Part shown: piece after piece, positions 1 through 10,832 of the stretch
Layout of the letters: the number at the start of each line of letters is the position of its first letter
How positions within the stretch are numbered: the first letter of the stretch is position 1
Assembly (NCBI GenBank): GCA_964552125.1
Contig: CAZKFJ010000003.1
Coordinates: 1 to 62,482 of the forward strand
Direction: 5' to 3'
Origin: an uncultured Nitrosopumilales archaeon
GTDB lineage: Archaea > Thermoproteota > Nitrososphaeria > Nitrososphaerales > UBA57
Length of the DNA stretch: 62,482 nucleotides
Notes under the pieces: model-generated
Databases searched by the model: none
What the model saw: the letters and a program-made list of their open reading frames with translations, nothing else
What the model was told of the DNA's origin: nothing
Translations under genes and position numbers: made by a program

Positions 1-903
<903 letters not shown>

Positions 904-1088
904 CATTGGGAGTACAGTTTTAATTTCTAAAACAAGATAGCATATGATATCAGATTCAAATTAGATCGAATCGTCATTTTTTGTTTGCGAATCTGGAGGT
1001 CGTAATATCATAGCGTTAGCAATTCAATGCGTAACTCAACTACAACGCCGCCAAGCGAAACGCAGAAAATTATTTACGGTTATTAAGG

Positions 1089-1095
1089 ATATAAA
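1089..1095 (-). promoter_or_regulatory. Candidate TATA box (TTTATAT on the minus strand) for the rRNA operon
   Basis: This is the only clear TATA-like element in the ~200 nt between the tyrA stop (1105) and the 16S 5' end (~903). It would give a ~160-nt leader. Position-only argument. Confidence 0.2.
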
Positions 1096-1104
1096 GATTT
1101 GTAA

Positions 1105-2253
1105 TTACAGAGAATCAATACTATTTACGAGTTGGTATAAATCGTCATAAGATTTTTTGTTGGAAAAAATCTGTTTTTTTGCTTTTTTAATAATTTTTAT
1201 GAATTCGTCACTATCATGTTTAGAAATAATACGTTCAATAGAGTTGATATTAATCATAAAGTCTTCAAGTACGTCGGAAAATTGCTCGTTACTAATTTGC
1301 AAGGAAGAAATCACCTCAGGTGTGTCATGAAATATACCAGATGCAAGAAGATACTGTATTGTAAATGATGTTCCGGAAATATCTTTGAGGTTAGGGATTT
1401 TATTAAGAGACAGAACAAATGACAAATTGAGGAAGTATACAAGAGAAATAATATAGGCCATGGATTTATCATGTTGATTGGCATTACAGACGACTAATTT
1501 AGAATTAGGGAACAGTGATGAAAAGAGTTTTTTTTCAGATTGAATAGATTTTATTGGAACAAGAATGAATTTTTGAGGTTTGAATATATTTGCGCCTGGA
1601 CCGAATAGAGGATGGATACTCATTAACTGAGATTTATTTGAGAATTTTTTCATATTAGAAACTATTTGTTTTTTCATTGAAGAGATTTCCATAACGAGTT
1701 TAGTATTATCAGAATATTTTACAACCTGGTCAATAATTTCATTGGTTGTTTCAATAGGAACGCTGATTATTATAATATCAGAATGAAGTACACAGTCTCG
1801 AATTGATTTGAAGATTTTTGATTTTGAGTTTTTTTTCTTTTTTAATTTTCTGCTATAAAGTCCTACAGAATATCCGTTTTCAGAAAAATATTCGGTAAAC
1901 CATTTACCCATATTTCCGCTAGCCCCAATAATTCCAACGCTCTTCGTTTGTTTAATTCGGAATTGTTTCAAATGGTCCTGTTCTCTGGAAATTGTTTCTT
2001 CAATAATTAATTTTAAAAGCTTTTTACTAAAATTTTTATTAAGATTGAGGGATTCGGATTCTTTTTGAATAGACTTGAATAGTTTGCGTTCTTGGACAGG
2101 ATCAACCAATGGCATATTGAGATTGTTTTTTAAAACTGCGACTTCTCTGCCTAATTCAAGGCGTTTAGATAGTAAATCAAGAATTTCAACAGTAATTTTC
2201 TCAATTGAATCTCTTGATTTCTGAAGTTTTTTCTTATCGTCCAAGTTAATCAC
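1105..2253 (-). CDS. tyrA: Bifunctional chorismate mutase / prephenate dehydrogenase
   Basis: 382 aa. N-terminal helical chorismate-mutase-like domain (ILDLLSKRLELGREVAVLK...PLVDPVQERK), then a Rossmann GxGxxG (IIGASGNMGKW) and a prephenate dehydrogenase body. GTG start overlaps the aroC TAG by 1 nt. Confidence 0.8.
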   Translation of the reverse strand: MINLDDKKKLQKSRDSIEKITVEILDLLSKRLELGREVAVLKNNLNMPLVDPVQERKLFKSIQKESESLNLNKNFSKKLLKLIIEETISREQDHLKQFRIKQTKSVGIIGASGNMGKWFTEYFSENGYSVGLYSRKLKKKKNSKSKIFKSIRDCVLHSDIIIISVPIETTNEIIDQVVKYSDNTKLVMEISSMKKQIVSNMKKFSNKSQLMSIHPLFGPGANIFKPQKFILVPIKSIQSEKKLFSSLFPNSKLVVCNANQHDKSMAYIISLVYFLNLSFVLSLNKIPNLKDISGTSFTIQYLLASGIFHDTPEVISSLQISNEQFSDVLEDFMININSIERIISKHDSDEFIKIIKKAKKQIFSNKKSYDDLYQLVNSIDSL

Positions 2254-3347
2254 TATCTAATAATTGGATCAATTTTACCAGAACGTAAACCATGATCTGC
2301 AAGAACCAAGGCAGCAACACTTTCAACTATCGGAACTGCACGAGGTAATACACAGGGATCGTGTCTTCCTTTAACAACCAAAGTTTCAGATTTTTTAGAC
2401 TTTAGATTAAAGGAAGACTGCTTCTTCAAGATTGAAGAAGGAGGTTTAAATGCCAATCTAAATTCAATAGGCATGCCATTTGAAATACCACCCAATATAC
2501 CACCGGAATTATTTGTTCGGGTAGATACTTTTTTCCTAGAAACAGAATATTGGTCATTATTCTCTGAACCAAGGAGTTTAGCAGATTCAAATCCTTTTCC
2601 AAATTCCACGCCTTTTACAGCAGGAATAGAAAACATCGCCCTACTAATATCAGAATCTAGTGCAGAAAAAATCGGTTCTCCTAAACCAACAGGCGTATTG
2701 ATTATCTGGCATTCAATAATTCCTCCAAGACTATCGCCTGATTTTCGGGCTTTTAGTATTGCATTGGACATTTTTTTTGCAATTACTGGATCAGGACACC
2801 TAACATCAGTAGAATATCGATTTTTTTTAGCAGATTTAAAGTCAGATGAGGATTTAATCTTTCCTATTTCTTTAACATAAGCAACGATATCGGTATTGAA
2901 GCACGTTTTGAGTAGTTTTTTAGCTATTACGCCTCCCATCACAAAACTGGCAGTAAGACGAGCAGAAAAATGACCTCCACCACGATAATCATTGAATCCT
3001 CCGTATTTTTCCCAGGCAGTGAAATCAGCGTGTCCTGGACGGGGTGCTTTCATAATATTAGCATAATCTTCAGATCGAGTATCTTTATTTTTAATTGTCA
3101 TGCATATTGGAGATCCAGTTGTACGATCATTAAAAATTCCAGACAGTATTTCTACTTTATCTTGTTCCTTTCGTTGAGTTGTGAGTTTAGAAGTACCTGG
3201 TTTTCTTAAATCAAGTTCTTTTTGTATTTCTTTAGCAGTAATAGAAACGCCAGCAGGGCATCCGCTAATAACACATCCAATTGAATGTCCATGGCTTTCG
3301 CCAAAAACAGTAAGTGCAAATCTTTCACCCAAAGTACTCCAAGTCAT
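2253..3347 (-). CDS. aroC: Chorismate synthase
   Basis: 364 aa. The N-terminus GERFALTVFGESHGHSIGCVISGCPAG and the later GRHDPCV motif are chorismate synthase signatures. Confidence 0.93.
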   Translation of the reverse strand: MTWSTLGERFALTVFGESHGHSIGCVISGCPAGVSITAKEIQKELDLRKPGTSKLTTQRKEQDKVEILSGIFNDRTTGSPICMTIKNKDTRSEDYANIMKAPRPGHADFTAWEKYGGFNDYRGGGHFSARLTASFVMGGVIAKKLLKTCFNTDIVAYVKEIGKIKSSSDFKSAKKNRYSTDVRCPDPVIAKKMSNAILKARKSGDSLGGIIECQIINTPVGLGEPIFSALDSDISRAMFSIPAVKGVEFGKGFESAKLLGSENNDQYSVSRKKVSTRTNNSGGILGGISNGMPIEFRLAFKPPSSILKKQSSFNLKSKKSETLVVKGRHDPCVLPRAVPIVESVAALVLADHGLRSGKIDPIIR

Positions 3348-4627
3348 TAATTAATCACCATTTTTCCTGAAAGTGAGTTGATATCGTCTATGAAATCAGG
3401 GTAAGAAACGTCAATACTTTTTCGGCCAACTACTTCGATTCCTTCAGAATATAAACCAATTAGTGAGAATGCCATGAATAATCTATGGTCGTCATAAGAA
3501 TTAAGCCTACAGGATTTTATAGAAGTAGGAGAGTCTATAACAAGACTATTTTCAGATTCAACTATATTAGCGCCTGTTTTCTGTAATTCTTGAGAAATAA
3601 GTTTCATGCGATTAGATTCTTTATACTTAGTATGTTCGATTCCAGTAATTTTGACAGAATTTGAGCAGAATAATGATAAAACAGAAACAGCAGGAAGTAA
3701 ATCAGGACAAGAAGATAAGTCAAATTCACCGCCATTTAAACTGCCTTCAGACGATACAGTAAAAGAGGAATCTGTAGGATTGGTATTTACAGATGCTCCC
3801 ATTTGAGAAACAATATCAAGGATATTTTTATCAGCTTGAGGCATTTCTTGTCCATCCATAATTACTGTAACCGTACCACCAGAAATTATTGCCCCTGTAA
3901 AGAGAAATGCAGCGGCAGAAAAATCACTAGGAATATGAATTTTATTACAAGAATACCTGCCAGGCTGTACAGTGAATACGTTATCTTTTCGTGTAACAAG
4001 ACCTCCAAATTTATCAATCATATATAATGTAGAATCGATATATGGTCCAGAGACGATCGGTTCAATCAATTTGATATTTGTTTCTTGTTCAGCTTTTGAA
4101 CATGAAATCAACAAAGATGAGATGAATTGGGACGATATAGAACCAGATATTTCGGTGTTTCCGCCACGGATTCCTCCACCTTTAACAATTATTGGAGGAG
4201 TTCCATCATTTTCGATTGATTGGCAGGAAACTCCTAGATCATTTAAAGAATCAAGCAATGGTTGCATAGGTCTTTTTTGAATACTAGAATCGCCAGTGAC
4301 AGTAATCTCTCCGTCGGGTACTAAAGCAGAAATAGAAGTTAAGAAACGTAAAGTAGTTCCTGAATTTTCCACATTAAGTTTTCCAGGATTAGACAATTTA
4401 GAGGGTGGAATCAATTCTAGTGAGGATTCCAGATTAGTGATTTCGGATCCAAATCTCAAGCACGAGTCAAGGGAAGCATTTGTATCACGAGAAAGAAGAG
4501 GATTGACTATAATCGTAGGCGAGCTTGATAACAAAGAAAGGCAAAGGGCACGATGTGTGTAACTTTTACTATTAGGAGGTTTAATTGTGCCTGAAAGTTT
4601 AGAAGGTTTTATAGTAACACTATCCAT
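3347..4627 (-). CDS. aroA: 3-phosphoshikimate 1-carboxyvinyltransferase (EPSP synthase)
   Basis: The N-terminus from Met25 of the tracked ORF (MDSVTIKPSKLSGTIKPPNSKSYTHRAL) matches the EPSPS start. ATG 4627 lies just after the aroK stop (4632-4634). The tracked start at 4699 or the ATG at 4648 would overlap aroK. Confidence 0.9.
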   Translation of the reverse strand: MDSVTIKPSKLSGTIKPPNSKSYTHRALCLSLLSSSPTIIVNPLLSRDTNASLDSCLRFGSEITNLESSLELIPPSKLSNPGKLNVENSGTTLRFLTSISALVPDGEITVTGDSSIQKRPMQPLLDSLNDLGVSCQSIENDGTPPIIVKGGGIRGGNTEISGSISSQFISSLLISCSKAEQETNIKLIEPIVSGPYIDSTLYMIDKFGGLVTRKDNVFTVQPGRYSCNKIHIPSDFSAAAFLFTGAIISGGTVTVIMDGQEMPQADKNILDIVSQMGASVNTNPTDSSFTVSSEGSLNGGEFDLSSCPDLLPAVSVLSLFCSNSVKITGIEHTKYKESNRMKLISQELQKTGANIVESENSLVIDSPTSIKSCRLNSYDDHRLFMAFSLIGLYSEGIEVVGRKSIDVSYPDFIDDINSLSGKMVIN

Positions 4628-4631
4628 AAGA

Positions 4632-5480
4632 TCACAATCCTGTTTCATTGTTGATTTTGGCAGATATAATATCACCGTCAAGACTTTTCCATGAATCAAT
4701 TATAGATGATTTTGTATCAGAATTACAAATTGCTGCAACAGAGGGTCCAGTACCAGACAGTCCAGAAGCAAGAGCATTAGATTTAAGGGCAAGGATAGAA
4801 GCAAGGTCGGATTGTTTCAGTAGTTTTGAATATATCATACCGTTCAGAGACATGGCGTTAAGATAATTCCCGTCCAAGGCCATAGAAACAAGTGTATTAA
4901 TTGACGAGTCAAAATCATTAGAATTAGGTAGGTCTACATCTTTTGTATAGGTTTTATTCCTGGGAACATGAACCAAGACAGAATAATCATCGTCAATTTC
5001 TTTTCTTAATAATATTTTATTGGATAAATTATCAGTAACCACCAAACCACCTAAAAGACATGCAGAAGTATCGTCAAGGGCACCGGTTATTGTTACGCCT
5101 GCATTTTTAGAAGCTTGTACAGATAAATCAAGGACTTGTTTTTCATTAAAAGGGAGGTCAAATGCCTTTAAACAAGATAAGACAATCGCGGAAGCTGCAG
5201 CACTAGAACTTTTTAATCCTCTTCCTATAGGAATGTCTGAATTTACAGTAATTATAGCTCCTACAGATTCGGAAGAACTAGGTTTGACAAGTTTGAAGCA
5301 TTCTATAGCTAATGTTTTATCCTCTGACTTGTCATTGTTGATTACTATTTCGATATTATTTTCAGTTGTCAATAGCACCTCGGCAGTAGTTTCTAAAGAT
5401 ATGCCTAAAGCAGAACCTTTCCCAGTTGCTAAAGCATTGACTATTGATACAGCGCCATGAACGGTAGTTTTAGAGTTCAT
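4632..5480 (-). CDS. aroK: Archaeal (GHMP-kinase family) shikimate kinase
   Basis: GHMP motif PIGRGLKSSSAAASA. The sensible start MNSKTTVHGAVSIVNA at ATG 5480 sits directly after the aroE stop (5482-5484). The tracked 5588 start extends into aroE. Confidence 0.85.
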   Translation of the reverse strand: MNSKTTVHGAVSIVNALATGKGSALGISLETTAEVLLTTENNIEIVINNDKSEDKTLAIECFKLVKPSSSESVGAIITVNSDIPIGRGLKSSSAAASAIVLSCLKAFDLPFNEKQVLDLSVQASKNAGVTITGALDDTSACLLGGLVVTDNLSNKILLRKEIDDDYSVLVHVPRNKTYTKDVDLPNSNDFDSSINTLVSMALDGNYLNAMSLNGMIYSKLLKQSDLASILALKSNALASGLSGTGPSVAAICNSDTKSSIIDSWKSLDGDIISAKINNETGL

Positions 5481-5481
5481 T

Positions 5482-6327
5482 TCAAACACCCAACATCGAC
5501 AGGATTTTACCATCGATAGAATCATCATTAGGTAATATACCAGTCCAAATCTGAAACGATAGTTTTGCTTGAGACAATAGCATTTCATATCCGTATATTA
5601 AATCAGAATTAAGAGATTTCATTTGTTTGATAAAGTTAGTTTCTTTGGGAATGTATTCAAGATCGTAAGCAAGTTTTATTCCCAAATTAGAATGGAAATT
5701 AAGAATTGTATTGGTTTTATGAAGAGGAACGGTATTAATCATAATATCAATGTCAGATAAAGAATCTATAGTTTTTTGATTCAATTCATGGAAGGAAATT
5801 GGAATATCAGAATCGAGTTTTGAGACAAGTTGTCTAGCGTTTTCAATTGTGCGATTAAGAATAATTATCTCTTTGCAATTCGCATTAATTAGACCGTATA
5901 ATACAGCTTTCGAAGCTCCACCTGATCCAAGAATTACAGCTTTTTTATTGTTAAATCGTTGAATATTTTTACGTAGAGGTTTCATGAAGCCTTCGACATC
6001 AGTATTATAGCCAATCAATTTTTCATCATCATACAACACGGTATTAACTGCATTTACAGAATTAGCAAGAGGGTCAAGAGAATCCAAATATGGAATAATA
6101 TCTGTTTTATGTGGAATTGTTACATTAGCGCCGCGAAAATTCAATTTACGTAATGTGTCAAGTATAGTTTCAAGGTCGCTAGAATTGACATTAAAAGTAG
6201 TATAATAACCTTCGAGGTTGTTAGATTGGAAGAAGCTATTGTGAATAGTAGGGGATAAAGAATTTTTTATTCCATATCCAAGTAAACAGTACAGCATTTC
6301 AGTAGAATTGTTTCCCATAATAATCAC
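5482..6327 (-). CDS. aroE: Shikimate 5-dehydrogenase
   Basis: 281 aa. SLSPTIHN, NVTIPHK and GYNTD motifs plus an ILGSGGASKA Rossmann loop. Confidence 0.9.
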   Translation of the reverse strand: MIIMGNNSTEMLYCLLGYGIKNSLSPTIHNSFFQSNNLEGYYTTFNVNSSDLETILDTLRKLNFRGANVTIPHKTDIIPYLDSLDPLANSVNAVNTVLYDDEKLIGYNTDVEGFMKPLRKNIQRFNNKKAVILGSGGASKAVLYGLINANCKEIIILNRTIENARQLVSKLDSDIPISFHELNQKTIDSLSDIDIMINTVPLHKTNTILNFHSNLGIKLAYDLEYIPKETNFIKQMKSLNSDLIYGYEMLLSQAKLSFQIWTGILPNDDSIDGKILSMLGV

Positions 6328-6333
6328 AAGTTA

Positions 6334-7032
6334 TTAAGAAAAATTTGAATATATTTCCTTCAGATGCTTTATATTGATTTGCCCAGGAGCAGTTGCTTTA
6401 TTGCCATATGAACAGTATATGAAAGGCGCTCCAAGCATAGGGGACAAGATTCTAGATACTGAACCATTTTCACCCATACAAAAAGCCAATAATTGAAACT
6501 TTGACTTTTCAAATCTAGGATAGAGTTTGTAGACTTTATTGCAATCATTTAATGAATTAGCATAAGTGACAATTTTGATAATTTGTGTAGGCCTTGATAG
6601 ATTCTTTGAGATATTTTTAATCAGAACGGATAGAGAATTAGTAGAAGGAGTACTGTTGAAATTATGCCAGGATACGATCAAGTTTTTTTCATTTTTAAAT
6701 AATGTAGAATTTCTATTAAAAGTATCAGATTCGATGTCTTTGAATGAATGTTTTAAGTCAAGTAACTGGTTAAGAATCTGAAGTCGATCAGATTCAGAAA
6801 TTTTGGACAATCCGCCATGGTGTTTACTTCTAAAAGTAAGAACAAGTTTATTTTTATGAGTGTTGGACAACTCCTCAATAAAATTAATAGAAAATGAATT
6901 CAAGGAATCTAGTCGAATTTCAACTAAATGTGCTCCAGATAAGAATGCAGAATTAACGAATGATTTTAATTTAGAAGTATTAGGAGCGGCAATTGAAACG
7001 CAAAACTTAGGTTCTGATGTTCTATTTTTCAA
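6334..7032 (-). CDS. aroD: 3-dehydroquinate dehydratase, type I
   Basis: 232 aa with a type I DHQase-like layout (VEIRLD ... TFRS..HGG). Sits between aroB' and aroE. Confidence 0.8.
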   Translation of the reverse strand: MKNRTSEPKFCVSIAAPNTSKLKSFVNSAFLSGAHLVEIRLDSLNSFSINFIEELSNTHKNKLVLTFRSKHHGGLSKISESDRLQILNQLLDLKHSFKDIESDTFNRNSTLFKNEKNLIVSWHNFNSTPSTNSLSVLIKNISKNLSRPTQIIKIVTYANSLNDCNKVYKLYPRFEKSKFQLLAFCMGENGSVSRILSPMLGAPFIYCSYGNKATAPGQINIKHLKEIYSNFS

Positions 7033-8098
7033 GAATGTATTCCTCTACCTCCATGCCAAAATGTCTTCCCTTATTAGATTCAGTCTTAACAAGAATTTTG
7101 TCGCCAACTTTAAGTGAAGTTGTGGAGATAGGTTTGCCGTCGTCTTTTACGAATGCAATAGTTTCAGCATTTTGAATCAAGACACCGCCAACTTTATCAT
7201 CGGATTTAGCACGTACAAGGAATAATGGTCTACTTTCGATTTTTAGTCTTCCTACAATAGAAGTTCTAACAACTCCTTGATGTGATACAATCATTACTTC
7301 GGTACCACTTTCAAGTTCAGACAAATATTTTGTACGGTTATCGGGCAATAGTGTATAACACTGTACAGCGCCTGCATTCACACGAAACGGTCTAGGAGAA
7401 GTAAATCCAGAACCTGCAGATTCATTGTGCATAAGAAACATAAAGTTCGCTTGATTTCCTACCAATAATCCTTCACCTTGATTTAACATAGATGCAGTAT
7501 CGACACATGCTCTTTCGCCCATGCCAACTTCTTTGATTTCGATGATTTCCGCTACAGACAAATCAATTTTTGAGAGTTCGTTCAATTCTGAATTCAGTTT
7601 ATTAACATCATCAATGTTAGATGTTCTTAATAAAACACCGTCGACACCTAGTTCTAAAATTGTAAACATCATTTTGATTTCAGATGGATCGTTAATTACC
7701 GTAAATATTTTGGTTTTCATACCGTGTAATTCGGCGATAAGATTTTCTAGAGGGATTATCTTCCATTCGGTATTTTCTTCAAATTCAATTATAACAGATT
7801 CAGCGTTATTTTTTGCTGCATTTACTATCTCATCAAGATTTGAATCGTCGTTCAATGAAGCAAAGTAAGAAAATCTTTGATCGGGCTTTACTTTGTCCAG
7901 TGTTTCAGAATCTACTACTTGAACGTCTGATTTATCGGAAAAGGAGTATGTCTCAAATTTAGATAAAGTGTCAGAATCAGGCATATCGCGTACGAATACA
8001 GTCTTAATTCCAGATTCAAAGAGCAATTGACTAAAGTCATTTATTTCAGAGTCAGGTATTTTGGGTTCAACGATAATAGTTCTCAATTTATCAGTCAA
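7022..8098 (-). CDS. aroB': 3-dehydroquinate synthase II (archaeal, ADH-dependent)
   Basis: 358 aa. Size and sequence character fit the archaeal type II DHQ synthase family. Immediately follows the ADH synthase gene. Confidence 0.8.
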   Translation of the reverse strand: MTDKLRTIIVEPKIPDSEINDFSQLLFESGIKTVFVRDMPDSDTLSKFETYSFSDKSDVQVVDSETLDKVKPDQRFSYFASLNDDSNLDEIVNAAKNNAESVIIEFEENTEWKIIPLENLIAELHGMKTKIFTVINDPSEIKMMFTILELGVDGVLLRTSNIDDVNKLNSELNELSKIDLSVAEIIEIKEVGMGERACVDTASMLNQGEGLLVGNQANFMFLMHNESAGSGFTSPRPFRVNAGAVQCYTLLPDNRTKYLSELESGTEVMIVSHQGVVRTSIVGRLKIESRPLFLVRAKSDDKVGGVLIQNAETIAFVKDDGKPISTTSLKVGDKILVKTESNKGRHFGMEVEEYILEK

Positions 8099-8860
8099 TC
8101 AAATAACCTCCAGAGCAGATTCTACAGAACTATTATCAAAAATAATGTTTGATATTGCTTTTGTAATATTCTCAGGATTAGAATGTTGGAAGATATTTCG
8201 ACCCATAGATACGCCTATTGCACCAGCGTCAATTGCGCCTTTTACCATCTCAAGTAATTCTTTATCATTATTAGCCTGTGGACCTCCTGCAATTACTATT
8301 GGAACAGGGCATCCTTCAACAACACTACGAAAACTCTCGGAATCACCTGTATAAACAGTTTTAACGACGTCAGCGCCCAATTCTGCTCCAATTCGTGCAA
8401 CATGCGAAACAATTTTTGGGTCAAAAGGATTGGATATATTTTCTCCGCGAGGATACATCATTGCAAGTAATGGAATATTTAATTCGGAGCATTCATCAGC
8501 CACCAAGCCAAGATCTTCTAACATGTTTCGGTCATGGCTAGAGCCGATATTTATGTGGATAGAAACAGCGTCTGCGGCATTTCCAAGAGCTAATTCAGGA
8601 CTTCCTACAATTACTTTATCGTCTGGAAAAACAGAAAGACTTGTGCTTGCAGAGAGATGAACAATTTTACCAATATCGATTTTTGTATCAAGTATTTTAA
8701 AAATTCCTTTATGTGCAACGACGGCGGATGCGCCTCCTTTTTGAACTAAATCTACAGTTTTATTAATATCAATCAATCCAGGAACTGGGCCAATGGTTAG
8801 ACCATGATCTAGGGTAACTGCAAGGATTCTTCCATTACGATTAATATTATTCATCATCAA
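8099..8860 (-). CDS. aroA': 2-amino-3,7-dideoxy-D-threo-hept-6-ulosonate (ADH) synthase, DhnA-type class I aldolase
   Basis: 253 aa DhnA/FbaB-like aldolase (LDHGLTIGP, VVKTVYTG). First gene of the aro operon. Confidence 0.8.
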   Translation of the reverse strand: MMMNNINRNGRILAVTLDHGLTIGPVPGLIDINKTVDLVQKGGASAVVAHKGIFKILDTKIDIGKIVHLSASTSLSVFPDDKVIVGSPELALGNAADAVSIHINIGSSHDRNMLEDLGLVADECSELNIPLLAMMYPRGENISNPFDPKIVSHVARIGAELGADVVKTVYTGDSESFRSVVEGCPVPIVIAGGPQANNDKELLEMVKGAIDAGAIGVSMGRNIFQHSNPENITKAISNIIFDNSSVESALEVI

Positions 8861-9010
8861 TTACACACCAAAAATAAACTAGTAAATTAGAGTGCTAACT
8901 AAGGATATGAAAAAGACCAGTAACTGTAACTTGGACGTTGTATCATGTTAGACTCTGAATATCATGAGAGCGGTTGATATATAAATATCACTTTTACAGA
9001 TACACAAATA

Positions 9011-10408
9011 ATGGGATTAACATTATTTAATTCATTAGGAAAGACAAAAGAGCCATTTATACCTAAGAATGAGGACGAGGTAACGGTATATTGCTGTGGT
9101 CCGACAGTATACGATTATGCCCACATAGGAAACCTAAGAACATTTTTGTTCGAGGACGTATTGATAAGGTTTTTAGAATTAAAAGGTTACAAAGTAAAAT
9201 TTGTAATGAACATAACGGATGTTGACGATAAAACAATTAAAGCGGCAAAAAATAACAACACCACGTTAAAAGAATATACAAGTAGATTTACAAGTGAGTT
9301 TTTTAAAGACTTACAAAGTTTGAATATTAAAGAGGCGACAGAATATCCAAGAGCGACAGACTATATTGACGACATAGAGAGGCATATAATGAAATTACAG
9401 AATGAAGATTACTGCTATGAAAGAGATGGTTCATACTATTATTCAATAAACAGATTTTCCAGATATGGAAGTCTATCAGGGTTAGAAATCAGTAATCAAA
9501 AAAACAGATCAAGATTGAATGAAGACGAGTATACAAAAGATAATGCACAAGATTTTGCGCTATGGAAGGCGTGGGACAAGGATGACGGAGACGTGTATTG
9601 GGAAGGAAAATTGGGGAAAGGAAGGCCGGGATGGCATATTGAATGTTCAGTAATGTCTACAAAAATACTAGGGGAAGAAATCGACATTCATGCAGGAGGA
9701 GTTGATTTAATATTCCCTCATCATGAAAATGAAATTGCGCAAACCGAAGCAGTTACAAACAAAAAATTTGTCAAATATTGGATTCATTCTGAACATCTCA
9801 TAGTGGAAGGAAAGAAAATGTCAAAATCAGAGGGTAATTTCTTTACACTTAGAGATTTGATAGAGAAGGGTTATGATGCAAAGAGTATCAGATTTCTATT
9901 AATCTCTTCGCATTATAGGTCACAATTGAATTTTACGTTTGATGGGATAAATCAAGCAAAAGAGAATATAAACAGGATGCAGGAAGTTTATTCAAAAATA
10001 ATCGAATGTAAGACAAGAACTGGAATAGATGCAAACATATCTAGTATTACTAAGGAATCTAAGAGGGCGTTTGAAGAAGCATTGGATGATGACTTGGATA
10101 TGCCAGTTGCATTGGCTTCAATCTTCAAATTTGTCAGAGATATTAACAGGTATTTAGAAAATAATCAAGTTTCAGAAACAAACAAATCAGAAATTATAGA
10201 TTACTTTGAAACGATAGACAGGGTATTAGGAATATTGTCAAATAAGACAATAGAAGTTGATGAGGATGTCAAGTCACTTATAGAACAGAGAGATGAGGCG
10301 AGAATAAAGAAGGACTGGAAGAAATCAGATGAGATTAGAGATGAATTATTAATGAAAGGGTTCATCGTAGAAGATACCAAAGAAGGAACTAGAATAAAGC
10401 GCAATTAA
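9011..10408 (+). CDS. cysS: Cysteine--tRNA ligase
   Basis: 465 aa with class I HIGN (YAHIGNLRT) and KMSKS motifs. A TATA-like TATATAAATA lies ~27 nt upstream, suggesting a leaderless mRNA. Confidence 0.95.
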   Translation: MGLTLFNSLGKTKEPFIPKNEDEVTVYCCGPTVYDYAHIGNLRTFLFEDVLIRFLELKGYKVKFVMNITDVDDKTIKAAKNNNTTLKEYTSRFTSEFFKDLQSLNIKEATEYPRATDYIDDIERHIMKLQNEDYCYERDGSYYYSINRFSRYGSLSGLEISNQKNRSRLNEDEYTKDNAQDFALWKAWDKDDGDVYWEGKLGKGRPGWHIECSVMSTKILGEEIDIHAGGVDLIFPHHENEIAQTEAVTNKKFVKYWIHSEHLIVEGKKMSKSEGNFFTLRDLIEKGYDAKSIRFLLISSHYRSQLNFTFDGINQAKENINRMQEVYSKIIECKTRTGIDANISSITKESKRAFEEALDDDLDMPVALASIFKFVRDINRYLENNQVSETNKSEIIDYFETIDRVLGILSNKTIEVDEDVKSLIEQRDEARIKKDWKKSDEIRDELLMKGFIVEDTKEGTRIKRN

Positions 10409-10409
10409 C

Positions 10410-10715
10410 CTACTTGTATGGTTTCGAAATTACGGATTTATCAGATTTCATTCCGGGTTTTGACAGTTTGTAAGTCCTATCGGAAGAAATTACATTGACA
10501 GACATAGAAGCTTGAACATTATAATGTTTGGAACCGTCAGAATTACGATAATTTGTTGCAACGCCAGCTCGATCTATATTCACTCGAATTTTAATAATGG
10601 ATCCATCTTCTAATTGGAAGGTTACTTCGTCAGAACCATCGGCATTAGCTTCAAGCATTTTAAATTCAATTTCATCGGGTACGTCGTTATTAGAATTTTT
10701 ACTCATAATTAACAA
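10410..10715 (-). CDS. Hypothetical small acidic/basic protein
   Basis: 101-aa ORF with no recognisable motif. Convergent with cysS across a 1-nt spacer. Confidence 0.5.
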   Translation of the reverse strand: MLIMSKNSNNDVPDEIEFKMLEANADGSDEVTFQLEDGSIIKIRVNIDRAGVATNYRNSDGSKHYNVQASMSVNVISSDRTYKLSKPGMKSDKSVISKPYK

Positions 10716-10832
10716 TCAAAAAGATAATAATTAAATTTTTAATGCTTGATTTCCGTTTTTTTATAAACTAATTCTTAAATGAGTACATAATTAAAAGTAG
10801 AAATAAGACACTAGTAGAGAGAAATTAAGAGA

